A stretch of 64,000 nt of DNA from Bacilli bacterium (GTDB lineage Bacteria; Bacillota_I; Bacilli_A; RF39; UBA660), in the NCBI GenBank assembly GCA_017459425.1, contig JAFUCZ010000030.1:83651-147650 (forward strand). The letters are read 5' to 3'. Below, one piece after another: positions 28,319-38,558 of this stretch. Position numbers and translations under genes: made by a program. The notes under the pieces are model-generated. The model made no database searches. It was not told the DNA's origin and worked only from the letters and a program-made list of their open reading frames with translations. Position 1 is the stretch's first letter; each line of letters begins with the position of its first letter.

Positions 28319-30799
28319 ATGAAAAAAATAACAGCGGCAAATATTAAAGAGTATATCCAAGAAATTGCAGATGCAATTCAAGAATTTAATCGTCAAATTG
28401 ATGCAATTAATAATCAAGAAGAAGAATATCGTGAAACAGGTGAATTTAAAATTGTAGACCTTGCTACTCATGAACGAGGAATATCTGGTGGTATGGGGAT
28501 AAGCAATGTTAACAATTATATAGATTCATGGAAAGAATATATTGAAAATGGTGGGAAAAATGTTGAAGAGGCAAAACAGAAGATAGAATATTTAACAAAA
28601 GTTCTAGAACTTATAGAAAATGATTCAAAATATGACTTAAAAAAAGAGAAGGTAGATAAAACCTTACAACAATTTAAAGAAAAGAAAGAGAAACTTGAAG
28701 AATTAATTAGTCAGTTAAGAAAAGAAATAAAATCATGTAATACAATTCTTAAAGATATTGCATTTACAAGTATTTTAAATAATCCAGAAGCAATGGGTAA
28801 AGTTATTGATGGACTTATTGCAAACGCAAACGAAGACTTGAAACAGAAAGAAGAAAAGAAAAAACAATTACTAGAAGAATTGGAACAAAAAGAAAAAGAT
28901 GAAAAATTATTATCTGAACTTTCATGTGGTGTTAGAAGTGAATATAACTTTACACCTTTTGGTAGGTTCAATCCTAAGAGCGTGGAATCATTTAGAGAAT
29001 ATTTATCAGAAAATAATTTATATGGACAATTAGAAAGCTTTATCAAAAGATTTGCAAATGATGATACATTAGAAGTTTTAAATTATTTAAAGAATGAACC
29101 AAATGGGGCATGGGAAAAATACTACAATGCATATCCAAATGAATTTAGAACATTGGCAAAGTATACATATGTTTTGATGCAAGCAAAAGCATCTTTGAAA
29201 ATACCACAAGATTATATTGATAAAACATGTGAGAACCAAGATGTTGAATTTGATGATAAAATATATTTTGGTGATCTTAACTTCATATCAAAAAAGGATT
29301 TGATAAAATATATTAAGAATATCACAAGTGAAAGTTTAGGTAAAGATAATATAGACAACTTTAATAGATTATGTAGTTTAAGTTATAATGATTTTTGCAA
29401 ATTAGTATCGAAAATAAATTTGGATACTGTAACATATGAAGAATGTTTACTATTATTTGAAATGGTAAAACCTATGGAGAGAACTTATCTTTTAGATTCA
29501 GAAGGAGAAAATTTTAGTAAAGCATTACAAAGTTACTATAAGCAAGAAAAAAGAAAAGAATATCCACATGATACAGGTCGCATTATTATCTCAAGAGATT
29601 TAGAGAAAATAAGAGAAAGAAGACCTTACATTAAGTCAGAATTATCACGAGTAGAAGATAGTATAGTTCAATCTCAATCATATATAAAATCATTAGAAAC
29701 TGGGGATAAAAAACATTTAATTGAATTGAATTTAAATGGATTTCAAATTAGAGAAGGTGTAATTCCAGTACCTGACAGTGTGGATTGGGCAATAGTTGGA
29801 ATAAATGGTGTTCATAATCGTATAGGTGTAAATCAAGAAGAATTTGATTCTATTAATAGTAAAATTAACGACTTCGAAAACTCTGAATATGGAAAATTAT
29901 TTGTTAAATATGTAAACGAGAATGGAGTCGACTTTGAAGAACCTTATGCACAATTATCAAAAATCGTAATAACATTTAATTCCAATATAAAACATGCTGA
30001 AGGTTTACTACGTTATGAAGAACGAACTGAAAAAGAAAAGTTTGAAAGTCAGATAAAAGAATTAGAAATAGAACTTGAAGAATTAAAAAATAGTGCAGAA
30101 GATAGAAAATTCACAAAGAAAAATGGCGAACTCGTTAAAGGAAAAGTTGGTAGATTTTTATTTAAAATCTTTAACAGAAAACAATACAAGAATAATATTG
30201 AACAAATAACAAATTCTGAAAAGAAAATCAACGAAGAAAAAGAAAGAATAATCGCTGAATCTCAAAGTCCAAGTAGTGTTGTTACTGCAAAGAAAGAACT
30301 TGAAAGATTGATACATGAAAGAGAAAATGCTATAACAAAAATTCTTAATTGCGATTTAGCTACTGCTGAAAAAATAGTTGAAGAACTTGAAAGTATTTCT
30401 CCTTATTCATTAACAGAATTCATGAGTGGTGATACACCTTTACAGAATAGTGAGAATGCTGAAAAAAATAGAGAATATCTTAATCTGTTGCAACGTAGGA
30501 AACAAATGAGTAGTGAAATTAATAGAGATAAATTAAATTACTTTGATTTAATAAAGAAATTGCTGAATGATTCAACACTACCTATTCATATTAGAAAAGA
30601 ATTAGAATTAATTATTTCTAGTGATGAAGTTCGTAGTATTGATGTTTCAAGGGAATCTGTAGCTTATGCCAGAGAATTAGAAAAACATTCATATGATCCA
30701 ACTCTAACGGATTCTATAAGAACAGGAATTATTGATCCAACTATGGATAGTGATGAAGCTGTAACAATATTGAACGAAACACAAGGAAAATCAAAATAA
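28319..30799 (+). CDS. large (826 aa) coiled-coil rich protein, function unknown
   Basis: Long K/E-rich heptad regions. No enzymatic motif recognised. Confidence 0.4.
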   Translation: MKKITAANIKEYIQEIADAIQEFNRQIDAINNQEEEYRETGEFKIVDLATHERGISGGMGISNVNNYIDSWKEYIENGGKNVEEAKQKIEYLTKVLELIENDSKYDLKKEKVDKTLQQFKEKKEKLEELISQLRKEIKSCNTILKDIAFTSILNNPEAMGKVIDGLIANANEDLKQKEEKKKQLLEELEQKEKDEKLLSELSCGVRSEYNFTPFGRFNPKSVESFREYLSENNLYGQLESFIKRFANDDTLEVLNYLKNEPNGAWEKYYNAYPNEFRTLAKYTYVLMQAKASLKIPQDYIDKTCENQDVEFDDKIYFGDLNFISKKDLIKYIKNITSESLGKDNIDNFNRLCSLSYNDFCKLVSKINLDTVTYEECLLLFEMVKPMERTYLLDSEGENFSKALQSYYKQEKRKEYPHDTGRIIISRDLEKIRERRPYIKSELSRVEDSIVQSQSYIKSLETGDKKHLIELNLNGFQIREGVIPVPDSVDWAIVGINGVHNRIGVNQEEFDSINSKINDFENSEYGKLFVKYVNENGVDFEEPYAQLSKIVITFNSNIKHAEGLLRYEERTEKEKFESQIKELEIELEELKNSAEDRKFTKKNGELVKGKVGRFLFKIFNRKQYKNNIEQITNSEKKINEEKERIIAESQSPSSVVTAKKELERLIHERENAITKILNCDLATAEKIVEELESISPYSLTEFMSGDTPLQNSENAEKNREYLNLLQRRKQMSSEINRDKLNYFDLIKKLLNDSTLPIHIRKELELIISSDEVRSIDVSRESVAYARELEKHSYDPTLTDSIRTGIIDPTMDSDEAVTILNETQGKSK

Positions 30800-30822
30800 A
30801 TAATGATATTTAACAAAAAAAG

Positions 30823-30851
30823 GTTCGTAGAACTAACATAGTTCCACGAAC
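30823..30851. repeat. lox-like site 2A: GTTCGTAGAA-CTAACATAG-TTCCACGAAC + T7
   Basis: Same architecture. A-tract and T-tract flanks. Confidence 0.8.
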
Positions 30852-31018
30852 TTTTTTTCATGTCTAAATTGTACTATAAAATAAAGAAATATGCAATATT
30901 ATGGCAGTCTTTTTGTATATGCAATTGTAAACTTTTACATAATTTTTTCAAATTGTATTTTTTTATTATATTTAATTGGTTTATAATAAGAAAAATTGTA
31001 TAATTAAAAAAATAATAG
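30852..31018. promoter_or_regulatory. invertible-module candidate 2 (167 bp, non-coding, homologous to modules 3-5)
   Basis: Bounded by inverse sites 2A and 2B. Shares the ...TAAATTGTACTATAA...TATGCAATAT...TTGTAAACTTTTACAT... blocks. Confidence 0.55.
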
Positions 31019-31047
31019 GTTCGTGGAACTATGTTAGTTCTACGAAT
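31019..31047. repeat. lox-like site 2B: GTTCGTGGAA-CTATGTTAG-TTCTACGAAT (inverse of 2A including the arm variant)
   Basis: The centre is the reverse complement of 2A. The T-to-C arm variant is mirrored. Confidence 0.8.
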
Positions 31048-31088
31048 ATACTTGAAAGATTACTTCAACAATATTGTAGGAGGTATAT

Positions 31089-31541
31089 ATGGGATTGTTT
31101 GATATGCTTAATAAAAATGATATAAAAAAAAAATATTTATCGATTGGTGATAAAAGACTTGATGAAGAAGATATGCTAGAAAGAAAAGATTTATATGAAA
31201 TATTTAAGAAATATCAAGGATATGAAAAGACAATTGATTTATCAGATAACAAAGAAGTAAATAAAAAGATTTTAAGTTTGATGTCAGAACTATTCAATTT
31301 AAAAATTGTTTGCAAAAATTATAATGAATATGAAGATTTATATAATAATTTTAATGAAATAACAATTAATAAAATTAATACTTTAAATATCCTTGAATGT
31401 ATGGCTTTAATAACTTATATTCAAAGACAAGATTATTGGTCTGGTGGATATTCTTCGCCATATTTAAATAATACTAAAAATGGATTTATTCCACAAATAA
31501 TAAATAGAATAATTAGTTTATATGAAAGTAGAGGAAAATAG
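31089..31541 (+). CDS. MGLFDM-N-terminus family small protein
   Basis: Starts with MGLFDMLNK. RBS AGGAGG. Confidence 0.45.
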   Translation: MGLFDMLNKNDIKKKYLSIGDKRLDEEDMLERKDLYEIFKKYQGYEKTIDLSDNKEVNKKILSLMSELFNLKIVCKNYNEYEDLYNNFNEITINKINTLNILECMALITYIQRQDYWSGGYSSPYLNNTKNGFIPQIINRIISLYESRGK

Positions 31542-31543
31542 TT

Positions 31544-32332
31544 ATGAATAAAGATAAAGATAGTGTTATAAAATCAGGCAAAGTTCTTTTTACAATGGGT
31601 ATAATTTTTTCTGTATTATTATTTTTATTACTAATAGTAGCAATTAATGATTCGATTGGAGCAGTAATTTTAGTTATATTATTATATGTTATCATATCAC
31701 CATTATTAATTCTGGGAGTATGTATGAAAAAAAATCCTGAAAAATATATAAAAACATCTATTTCGTATATCTATGGTGCTGATAGTACAATATATTTAAA
31801 TAAAGGATATACTTATGATATTGCTTGCAATTTATATTGTAAAAGAACAGGTAAAACAAATGAAGAATTAACTGAGTCTGATGAAGATGAAATATGGCAT
31901 TGTTCGTATGATGATTTTACTTATTTAATGGCTTGGATTATTGAAAATGGTTATTATCAATATTCTTCTCAACACTATGGTGAGGATGGAGAAAAAGGTT
32001 GGATGAAAACTATTGATAAAATTAAGAATAGAACTTATGAGGCTACTGATTTCTTTCTTTTAACAGATGGAGTTTTATTCAAGGATGAAATATCAGATCA
32101 AATTGTTGATTTTATACAGGAATATTCAAATAGTTCACTATGTAATGATGGGCAATTTTATCTTAAAGAGGAAAATGTAATAGGTGGTTTGGAAGTAGAT
32201 GTACAAGACTTTGCACGAAAACAACTTAATTCTGATATTTATGGCTTTAAATTCAAATGGGATGATTATGATAAATTCAAAGTTTATATAGATACTGCGT
32301 ATAAGAAATATTTAGATAAGGTAGGAAAATAG
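31544..32332 (+). CDS. membrane-anchored hypothetical protein
   Basis: An N-terminal TM helix pair. Confidence 0.4.
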   Translation: MNKDKDSVIKSGKVLFTMGIIFSVLLFLLLIVAINDSIGAVILVILLYVIISPLLILGVCMKKNPEKYIKTSISYIYGADSTIYLNKGYTYDIACNLYCKRTGKTNEELTESDEDEIWHCSYDDFTYLMAWIIENGYYQYSSQHYGEDGEKGWMKTIDKIKNRTYEATDFFLLTDGVLFKDEISDQIVDFIQEYSNSSLCNDGQFYLKEENVIGGLEVDVQDFARKQLNSDIYGFKFKWDDYDKFKVYIDTAYKKYLDKVGK

Positions 32333-32334
32333 TT

Positions 32335-32682
32335 ATGGGATTGTTTGATATGTTTAAAAGTAAAGGAATATATTCATCATTGACTAATGAACAAAAGCAA
32401 GAATTGATTAAGAACGGAGAATTAAAACCATTATATTTAATTGGATTAAGATTTGGTGGCTCTGATAAAATTGATAATATGGTTTATGCTCCATCACAAG
32501 CAGTTGAACAAAAAAATAAGATAGATGATGAATTAGAAAACTATATGAAACAAGGTAGAACTGTTAAAGGATATATGTGCATTCCTTCATATAAAGGAAA
32601 ATGTAGTATTCCATCTAAATTAAAAATACAAGCATTTATTGATGGAACAGAACAATTTGTTAGAAATATAGATATTTGGTAG
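32335..32682 (+). CDS. MGLFDM-N-terminus family small protein
   Basis: Starts with MGLFDMFKSK. Confidence 0.45.
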   Translation: MGLFDMFKSKGIYSSLTNEQKQELIKNGELKPLYLIGLRFGGSDKIDNMVYAPSQAVEQKNKIDDELENYMKQGRTVKGYMCIPSYKGKCSIPSKLKIQAFIDGTEQFVRNIDIW

Positions 32683-32691
32683 AGGTGCTTT

Positions 32692-33366
32692 ATGAAAAAA
32701 ATAGGAAAAATTATTTTTTGGATTATATGGATAGGAATACTTTTATTTTTACATATAGGAATGGCAGCAGGTTCTGAGTATAATGATTCCTCAACAAAAA
32801 CTGTTGGAATAGTTGGAATTGTTATCTGGTGGGTATTGACTATTGGAATAACTGTAATAGTTTTGAAAATTCAAGATAAAAAAGAAGAAAAAAAGAAAAT
32901 CGAATATAAAGAAAAAAATATTGAAACAATTGAGTATGAAGATGACAGATATGGAAAAGTTAGTTTTAAACACAATCTAGAGAAACATATTTTATCAGCT
33001 GATATAAAAAATGTTAATTTTGCTGGAAAAAATTTAGAGGCTAGTATTTTAAATATTGACGATAAGACTGATTTAAAAACTATCTTTGATAATTTAAAGA
33101 AATATAGTGATAATTCAAAATCAATTAAAGAAAGAATTTATCCTGAACTTGCTGGCACTTTAAAAAAAGTAGATAATTATGATAAAGATGGAAATTTATT
33201 TGAACCAAGTGAACAATTTTTAAGAGATAATTTTGAATTTAGTACAATAGTGATTCAAGATTCGAAGACTATAAGCTTGTGGGGAAGTTGGGATTCTCCT
33301 TATGAACAAGATTATTCAATTAATTACAATTCTAGCGATGATACAATTGAAGTTGAAAGTTTATAA
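32692..33366 (+). CDS. membrane protein, hypothetical
   Basis: Two N-terminal TM helices. Confidence 0.4.
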   Translation: MKKIGKIIFWIIWIGILLFLHIGMAAGSEYNDSSTKTVGIVGIVIWWVLTIGITVIVLKIQDKKEEKKKIEYKEKNIETIEYEDDRYGKVSFKHNLEKHILSADIKNVNFAGKNLEASILNIDDKTDLKTIFDNLKKYSDNSKSIKERIYPELAGTLKKVDNYDKDGNLFEPSEQFLRDNFEFSTIVIQDSKTISLWGSWDSPYEQDYSINYNSSDDTIEVESL

Positions 33367-33384
33367 TGTGAATGAGGTTAAAAA

Positions 33385-33840
33385 ATGGGATTATTTGATA
33401 TGTTTAAGAAAAATAAAACAAATAATAATATAAAGCCACAAATTTATATATCACAAGTTGAATATGATGGTATACCAATTGAAATAGAGTTTAACATAGA
33501 TGAGAGTAAAGAACATCTATCAGAAGATTATGCCGTATTACAAAACGAAGGTATAGATAAAATAATAAAAGACCGTTTTATACCATGGTTTAAGACTGAT
33601 AAATTTAAAGATAGAGATGATAATTTAATTTATGAAGGTTTAAAGATTTATGATATAGTATACTGCTATGGTATGATTGATGCTCGATATTCACCTACAC
33701 AACAACAAGAAATGGCTGGGCAATTTACATTTTTCTTTGAAAGTGGAAATGAATATACATCAGATATGTTGGAATCAACAGCAATGGAAATTTATGTATT
33801 AAATGGAAAAATAGTTAAAGTAGATGGATACGAAGTTTAG
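33385..33840 (+). CDS. MGLFDM-N-terminus family small protein
   Basis: Starts with MGLFDMFKKNK. Confidence 0.45.
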   Translation: MGLFDMFKKNKTNNNIKPQIYISQVEYDGIPIEIEFNIDESKEHLSEDYAVLQNEGIDKIIKDRFIPWFKTDKFKDRDDNLIYEGLKIYDIVYCYGMIDARYSPTQQQEMAGQFTFFFESGNEYTSDMLESTAMEIYVLNGKIVKVDGYEV

Positions 33841-33848
33841 GAGGAAAT

Positions 33849-34445
33849 ATGGGATTATTTAGTATGTTTAAGAAAGAAAGTAATGAAAAACCAGATATAT
33901 CAGAAATAGCATATGATTATGATGGGTATGATATAGCATTTGAAAGTGGAAAAACAGAACCAAAATTATATTCTGAAATAAATAATATTGTTACTAATAA
34001 TAATTTTGATATTAATAATATAAGTGAGTATAAGAATTTAAATATTAATTCTGATTATGACACATTTCTAACATTTTATGATTCTTGGTTAGAAGAACTA
34101 AAAAATAATAATTATGTTATACATTTGGATAATTATACTAATATAACTGACTTTGCCAACAAAATAAATCAATTATTAGATAGAATAAATTCCAAAAAAA
34201 AGATAGATGTTGATTTAATTACAAATGAATATAAGGAAGAATTGAAAAAATATTCTTTTATGGGTAATGATATAGAAGAAAATTTTAATTACGATGTACT
34301 TGAGGCAAATATAGTAGCACAGGAATTAAGAAAAATTGGATACGAGTTAATAAATTTCTTTATTGGATATGATAATAATGATAAAACTATTATTAAAATT
34401 GATGATATAGAAAAACTAAAAGAAATAGAAACTAAGATTAAATAA
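33849..34445 (+). CDS. MGLF(S)M-N-terminus family protein
   Basis: Starts with MGLFSMFKKE. Confidence 0.45.
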   Translation: MGLFSMFKKESNEKPDISEIAYDYDGYDIAFESGKTEPKLYSEINNIVTNNNFDINNISEYKNLNINSDYDTFLTFYDSWLEELKNNNYVIHLDNYTNITDFANKINQLLDRINSKKKIDVDLITNEYKEELKKYSFMGNDIEENFNYDVLEANIVAQELRKIGYELINFFIGYDNNDKTIIKIDDIEKLKEIETKIK

Positions 34446-34461
34446 TGGAGGAGTTGTTAAT

Positions 34462-34905
34462 ATGACAAATAAAACTAATTTAGGATTAATTATTGAAAAT
34501 TTAGATTTAGATGCTAATTTACAAGAATTTATAGAAAATGTAGTTGAGGAGAATTTTAGAGAATTAGATCAACCACTTTATGATGAACAAGGAAATTTTA
34601 TATATAATAAAGCACTTGTAGAATTCTTAAAGTCTGATGAAAAAATCAAATCATTATCTAATGATGAATTTAAATTAGTACTTGATATGTTGGTAAAAGA
34701 TATACTTCATAGAATAGAAGCGAAGGGAAATTCTCATATAAGAGCTACTGAAGGTGCTTATGATGAAGAAAATAGAAGTTATTATGGTAGTTCTGAAAGT
34801 GCATATTGGCATTTATTAGAACAATATTTAGACGATTTTAATTATAATAAAAGTATTTCAGATTTCTATGCTGAATATTTAGAAGAAAATGAAAAAAAGA
34901 AGTAA
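34462..34905 (+). CDS. hypothetical acidic protein
   Basis: An ORF with an RBS GGAGGAG. Confidence 0.35.
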   Translation: MTNKTNLGLIIENLDLDANLQEFIENVVEENFRELDQPLYDEQGNFIYNKALVEFLKSDEKIKSLSNDEFKLVLDMLVKDILHRIEAKGNSHIRATEGAYDEENRSYYGSSESAYWHLLEQYLDDFNYNKSISDFYAEYLEENEKKK

Positions 34906-34928
34906 AAGAATAAAGGTGGAGATTATAG

Positions 34929-35645
34929 ATGTTAAACTATAAAAAAATAATATGTAGTATAGCTATATGCTTTATGTGTTTTATTGGTATGAACTCAGTA
35001 ATGGCAGCCGAAGTGACTACTGAGAAACTTGCTGAAATTTTAAGAGAAAGTGATTTGTTGGATGCATTATATTTTGAAGATTCAAAAATTACATTTGAAA
35101 CAACGGACACTACACTTAAAATACATGAAATAAATGGATTTTATGATGATGAAATTGATGATGTTGAAACTGATACGATTTATACATTGATTGATAATAT
35201 CTTAACTTATGAATATCTTGATATGGAAAATCCATCATACGCACAAATTGTTCCTGATGAATTATGGACAGATGAGGTAATAAAAGCAATTTATACTCTA
35301 AAAGGGCATGAAAATGAAACAATAAATTATGAAAATCCAGAATTTATACTTTATGAGAAATTTGAAACTGCTGGGCAACCGCAAGGAACAAAAAGATTAA
35401 AAATAGATTTGAGTAAAATTGAAGACTTAAATCCAGAAACCACATCTGTTGATGATGATAATCAATCTTCTAATGTAGTTGAATCAACAGAAAATAGTGT
35501 TTCGAATAATGTTGATAACAAGAAAACATCTAGTACAACAGAAAATCCTAAAACAGGGGTTTATGGTGGAAGTATATTATTAGTTGTAAGTGCAATTGTA
35601 GGCTATATAGTTATCAGAAGGAAAAATAAATTCAAAAATATATAA
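34929..35645 (+). CDS. secreted cell-wall-anchored protein (signal peptide; C-terminal NPKTG sorting motif + TM + basic tail)
   Basis: An N-terminal signal, then ...TENPKTGVYGGSILLVVSAIVGYIVIRRKNK. Confidence 0.5.
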   Translation: MLNYKKIICSIAICFMCFIGMNSVMAAEVTTEKLAEILRESDLLDALYFEDSKITFETTDTTLKIHEINGFYDDEIDDVETDTIYTLIDNILTYEYLDMENPSYAQIVPDELWTDEVIKAIYTLKGHENETINYENPEFILYEKFETAGQPQGTKRLKIDLSKIEDLNPETTSVDDDNQSSNVVESTENSVSNNVDNKKTSSTTENPKTGVYGGSILLVVSAIVGYIVIRRKNKFKNI

Positions 35646-35653
35646 TAAAAAAA

Positions 35654-35682
35654 GTTCGTAGAAGTACCATACTTCCACGAAC
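35654..35682. repeat. lox-like site 3A: GTTCGTAGAA-GTACCATAC-TTCCACGAAC + T5
   Basis: Same architecture. Confidence 0.8.
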
Positions 35683-35872
35683 TTTTTACTTACACCTAAA
35701 TTATATTATAATTCGTGGATTTATGCAATATAATAATAGTTTTTTGATATATAATAATGTCAAATTTTACATTTTTTTAGAAAAAATTATTGTTTTTATA
35801 TATAAACTTTATAAATTGTCATAATACTGGATTTTATAAGTATTAACACCAATTTAATTGTAGAAAATAAAG
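35683..35872. promoter_or_regulatory. invertible-module candidate 3 (190 bp)
   Basis: Contains TAAATTATATTATAA, TATGCAATAT and the palindromic ATGTCAAATTTTACAT. Confidence 0.55.
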
Positions 35873-35901
35873 GTTCGTAGAAGTATGGTACTTCTACGAA
35901 C
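35873..35901. repeat. lox-like site 3B: GTTCGTAGAA-GTATGGTAC-TTCTACGAAC (inverse of 3A)
   Basis: The centre is the reverse complement of 3A. Confidence 0.8.
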
Positions 35902-35947
35902 AATAGATAATATTATAAGTTATCGGTATTGTATGAGGAGGAAATTT

Positions 35948-36244
35948 ATGAACAATAATCAAGATTATCAAACAACACAAATGTCAAATTTAGGTGTTAA
36001 TGCTTCTGGTAACCCATTACAAATGAGAGGTTTAATGAATGTTTTAAATTCTAGTTATCACGAAGGTATAACACTAGAAGAACTACAAGTAGCAGTTGGA
36101 ACAGCAATTCAGCAACAATTACAACAATCACTACAAGGTATGGATCAAGCATCAGCACAAACAGTTATGTCATTTTTACAAGGAGTAGATTATACTTTAA
36201 CACAAGATTATAATAAGACTGTTCGTTCAGATAGAACATTATAA
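35948..36244 (+). CDS. hypothetical Q-rich small protein
   Basis: ATG after the RBS GAGGAGG. The upstream track extension runs through site 3B and is unlikely. Confidence 0.4.
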   Translation: MNNNQDYQTTQMSNLGVNASGNPLQMRGLMNVLNSSYHEGITLEELQVAVGTAIQQQLQQSLQGMDQASAQTVMSFLQGVDYTLTQDYNKTVRSDRTL

Positions 36245-36260
36245 GAATTAGGAGTTATTT

Positions 36261-36626
36261 ATGATTTACAATATTTATTATAATACTTTAAATAAAGAAT
36301 TAAAGAAGGCAATTTATTCAAAATCAATTTCGATTGAAGATTTAAAAAAAGTGTATGAAAACTTAAAAATAAAAAATAACAAAAAAAGGAAAACTATTAA
36401 TTTAGTTATGATAATAGTAATTGTTATATTTGGTATTTTGGGTATTCCTACATTTATAAATTCAAACAATCCTGAATTTACTAAATTTATGTTATTATTA
36501 TTAATACCTTTAATCGTAGTTATTTATGGAATTGTTTATTTTACACAAGTAGGATTAATAAAAATCCAATTTAATAATGCAATAAAGAAGAATTATCCTG
36601 AATTAGTGAATGAATTAAAATTGTAA
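36261..36626 (+). CDS. small membrane protein
   Basis: Two TM helices. Confidence 0.4.
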   Translation: MIYNIYYNTLNKELKKAIYSKSISIEDLKKVYENLKIKNNKKRKTINLVMIIVIVIFGILGIPTFINSNNPEFTKFMLLLLIPLIVVIYGIVYFTQVGLIKIQFNNAIKKNYPELVNELKL

Positions 36627-36639
36627 ATAGGAGGTTTAT

Positions 36640-36942
36640 ATGGGAAATAATGAAAAATTAGACCAAATGGTGCATGATGAAATGTATAAGAATTTGAATA
36701 GAACAGAAGAATTACTTAGTCACTTATATGAAATGATAAAAAATGATCCAGAAAATAAAGAATTAACTAGAATTTTTGAAGGAGTTCTTTATATTGCACA
36801 AGGTCAAGTAAGAACTAATGCAATTGTTAGTGAAACATATTTTGGTAAGGGAATTAAGGAATATTCAATGAAGATTGCAAAAAAAAGAGAAGAAAACTTG
36901 AAAAGTTTATCTGAACATGCCAAAAAAGGAAGAACAAAGTAA
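36640..36942 (+). CDS. hypothetical protein
   Basis: RBS AGGAGG. Confidence 0.35.
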   Translation: MGNNEKLDQMVHDEMYKNLNRTEELLSHLYEMIKNDPENKELTRIFEGVLYIAQGQVRTNAIVSETYFGKGIKEYSMKIAKKREENLKSLSEHAKKGRTK

Positions 36943-36957
36943 GTTGGAGGAAATAAT

Positions 36958-37506
36958 ATGCAAGAAGAATTAAAAATGTTAGAACAAAAAAAGACAGAGG
37001 CTTTAAGTAAGTCATTGACACTTCATTCACAAGCAAGTGATAAAGAAGCTAAGATGGAAAATTTTATTCAGAAATGGTTAAATGATGAATCAGAATTAAA
37101 TAATGAAAGTATGCAACAATTACTTGATTCTGTTAATGAACAAGTTGCTGAATTAAAAAGACAAGCAGAAGAGTCATGGAAAGAATATAAAAAATTAGAT
37201 AGTGAAATATCATTAAAACAAAATGCAGTTTATAGTGTAAGAACAAATTTAGGAATGAGTCCTGATGAAATTGTTATAACAGGAGGAGTACTATCTTCTA
37301 ATGCAAGTGAATCACATTTAATTGGAAGAAGTAAAACACCAGAAGAATTAGAAATAGATAGGTTAAATGCTCTTGCAATGATTAGAGAAAAAGTTGCTAA
37401 AAAAGAAATTACATTAGCTCATGCATCTAAGTTAAAAAATGATGTTAATATTGCTTATGGATATGCACCACAACAACAAGAAAATCAAAATGGTATGTCT
37501 AAATAA
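36958..37506 (+). CDS. coiled-coil hypothetical protein
   Basis: RBS GGAGG. Heptad-rich. Confidence 0.35.
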   Translation: MQEELKMLEQKKTEALSKSLTLHSQASDKEAKMENFIQKWLNDESELNNESMQQLLDSVNEQVAELKRQAEESWKEYKKLDSEISLKQNAVYSVRTNLGMSPDEIVITGGVLSSNASESHLIGRSKTPEELEIDRLNALAMIREKVAKKEITLAHASKLKNDVNIAYGYAPQQQENQNGMSK

Positions 37507-37620
37507 ATTATGGATAGTAAAAAAATACTATCTTTTTAATTTCTTTATCAAAAATTAAAAAAATATAGTATAATAAGTAAGTAAATTAGTGTTTTTTAAT
37601 TTTTGAGGGAGAAAAGTGTT

Positions 37621-38538
37621 ATGAGAAAAATTATAACAAGTTATATTAATCCTGATATGGATGGTATAGCTTTAATGTATGCTTATTGTGAGTATTTAAG
37701 AAAAAAAGGTGAAGATGCCTATTATTATTTTGAAGGAACATACAAAAAAGAAGTTGGAATTGTTTTGGATACATTTAATATATCATTAAATCCAATAGAT
37801 AAAGTATTAGATGATGATAAGATAATTTTAGTTGATACAAATTATATTCAAGAAATTCCTAATACAATAACTGAGAATAAGATTGTAGAAGTAATAGATC
37901 ATCACAAAAGAGAACAATGGATAGATGAATATAATGTAAAAGCACAAATTGAGCCTCTCGGTTCAGCTTCAACAATAGTTGCTGAAAGATTTAAAAATAG
38001 TAATTTAGAGATTTCAAAAGAATCAGCAATTTTATTGTATTATGGTATTATATCAAATACAATGAACTTAAAAATCAAATTAACAAATCAAAGAGATATT
38101 GATATGGCAAATTGGTTAAAAAGTTTAGTACCCGAAATCACAGACAGTATTACTAATGAGATTTTTGTAAAAAAATCTGAAATTGGTAACAATTTAAGGG
38201 AAGAAATGGAAGTAGAATTTAAAGATCAATTTATGACTATATCATGGTCTATGGGACAATTAGAAGTTGCAAATGTTGAAGACTTTTTAGAAAAATATGA
38301 AGATAGTATTAGAAATGTACTAGAAACTGTTAGTAAAGAAAAAGAAGTTGAATATATGTCTGTTAATTGTATGGATATAATTAATGGTTATAGTATTATT
38401 GTCGCATTAAATGATAAAACAGCAAATTTAATTTCAAAATCAATTGGAGTGAACTTTATTGAATTGAAAGCAAAGATTAATGAACTTATAAGTAGAAAAG
38501 AAATTGTGAAAGTAATCAGAAATATATATAGTAAATAA
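37621..38538 (+). CDS. DHH-family phosphoesterase (family II inorganic pyrophosphatase-like)
   Basis: An N-terminal NPDMDG motif, a DHH motif VIDHHK and a GSASTIV motif are present. Confidence 0.6.
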   Translation: MRKIITSYINPDMDGIALMYAYCEYLRKKGEDAYYYFEGTYKKEVGIVLDTFNISLNPIDKVLDDDKIILVDTNYIQEIPNTITENKIVEVIDHHKREQWIDEYNVKAQIEPLGSASTIVAERFKNSNLEISKESAILLYYGIISNTMNLKIKLTNQRDIDMANWLKSLVPEITDSITNEIFVKKSEIGNNLREEMEVEFKDQFMTISWSMGQLEVANVEDFLEKYEDSIRNVLETVSKEKEVEYMSVNCMDIINGYSIIVALNDKTANLISKSIGVNFIELKAKINELISRKEIVKVIRNIYSK

Positions 38539-38558
38539 TTATGATTTAGGAGGTTTTT

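Noticed and set aside
35885-35947. Upstream extension of ORF 35885-36244
   Set aside because: It starts inside lox-like site 3B. A strong RBS GAGGAGG precedes ATG 35948.
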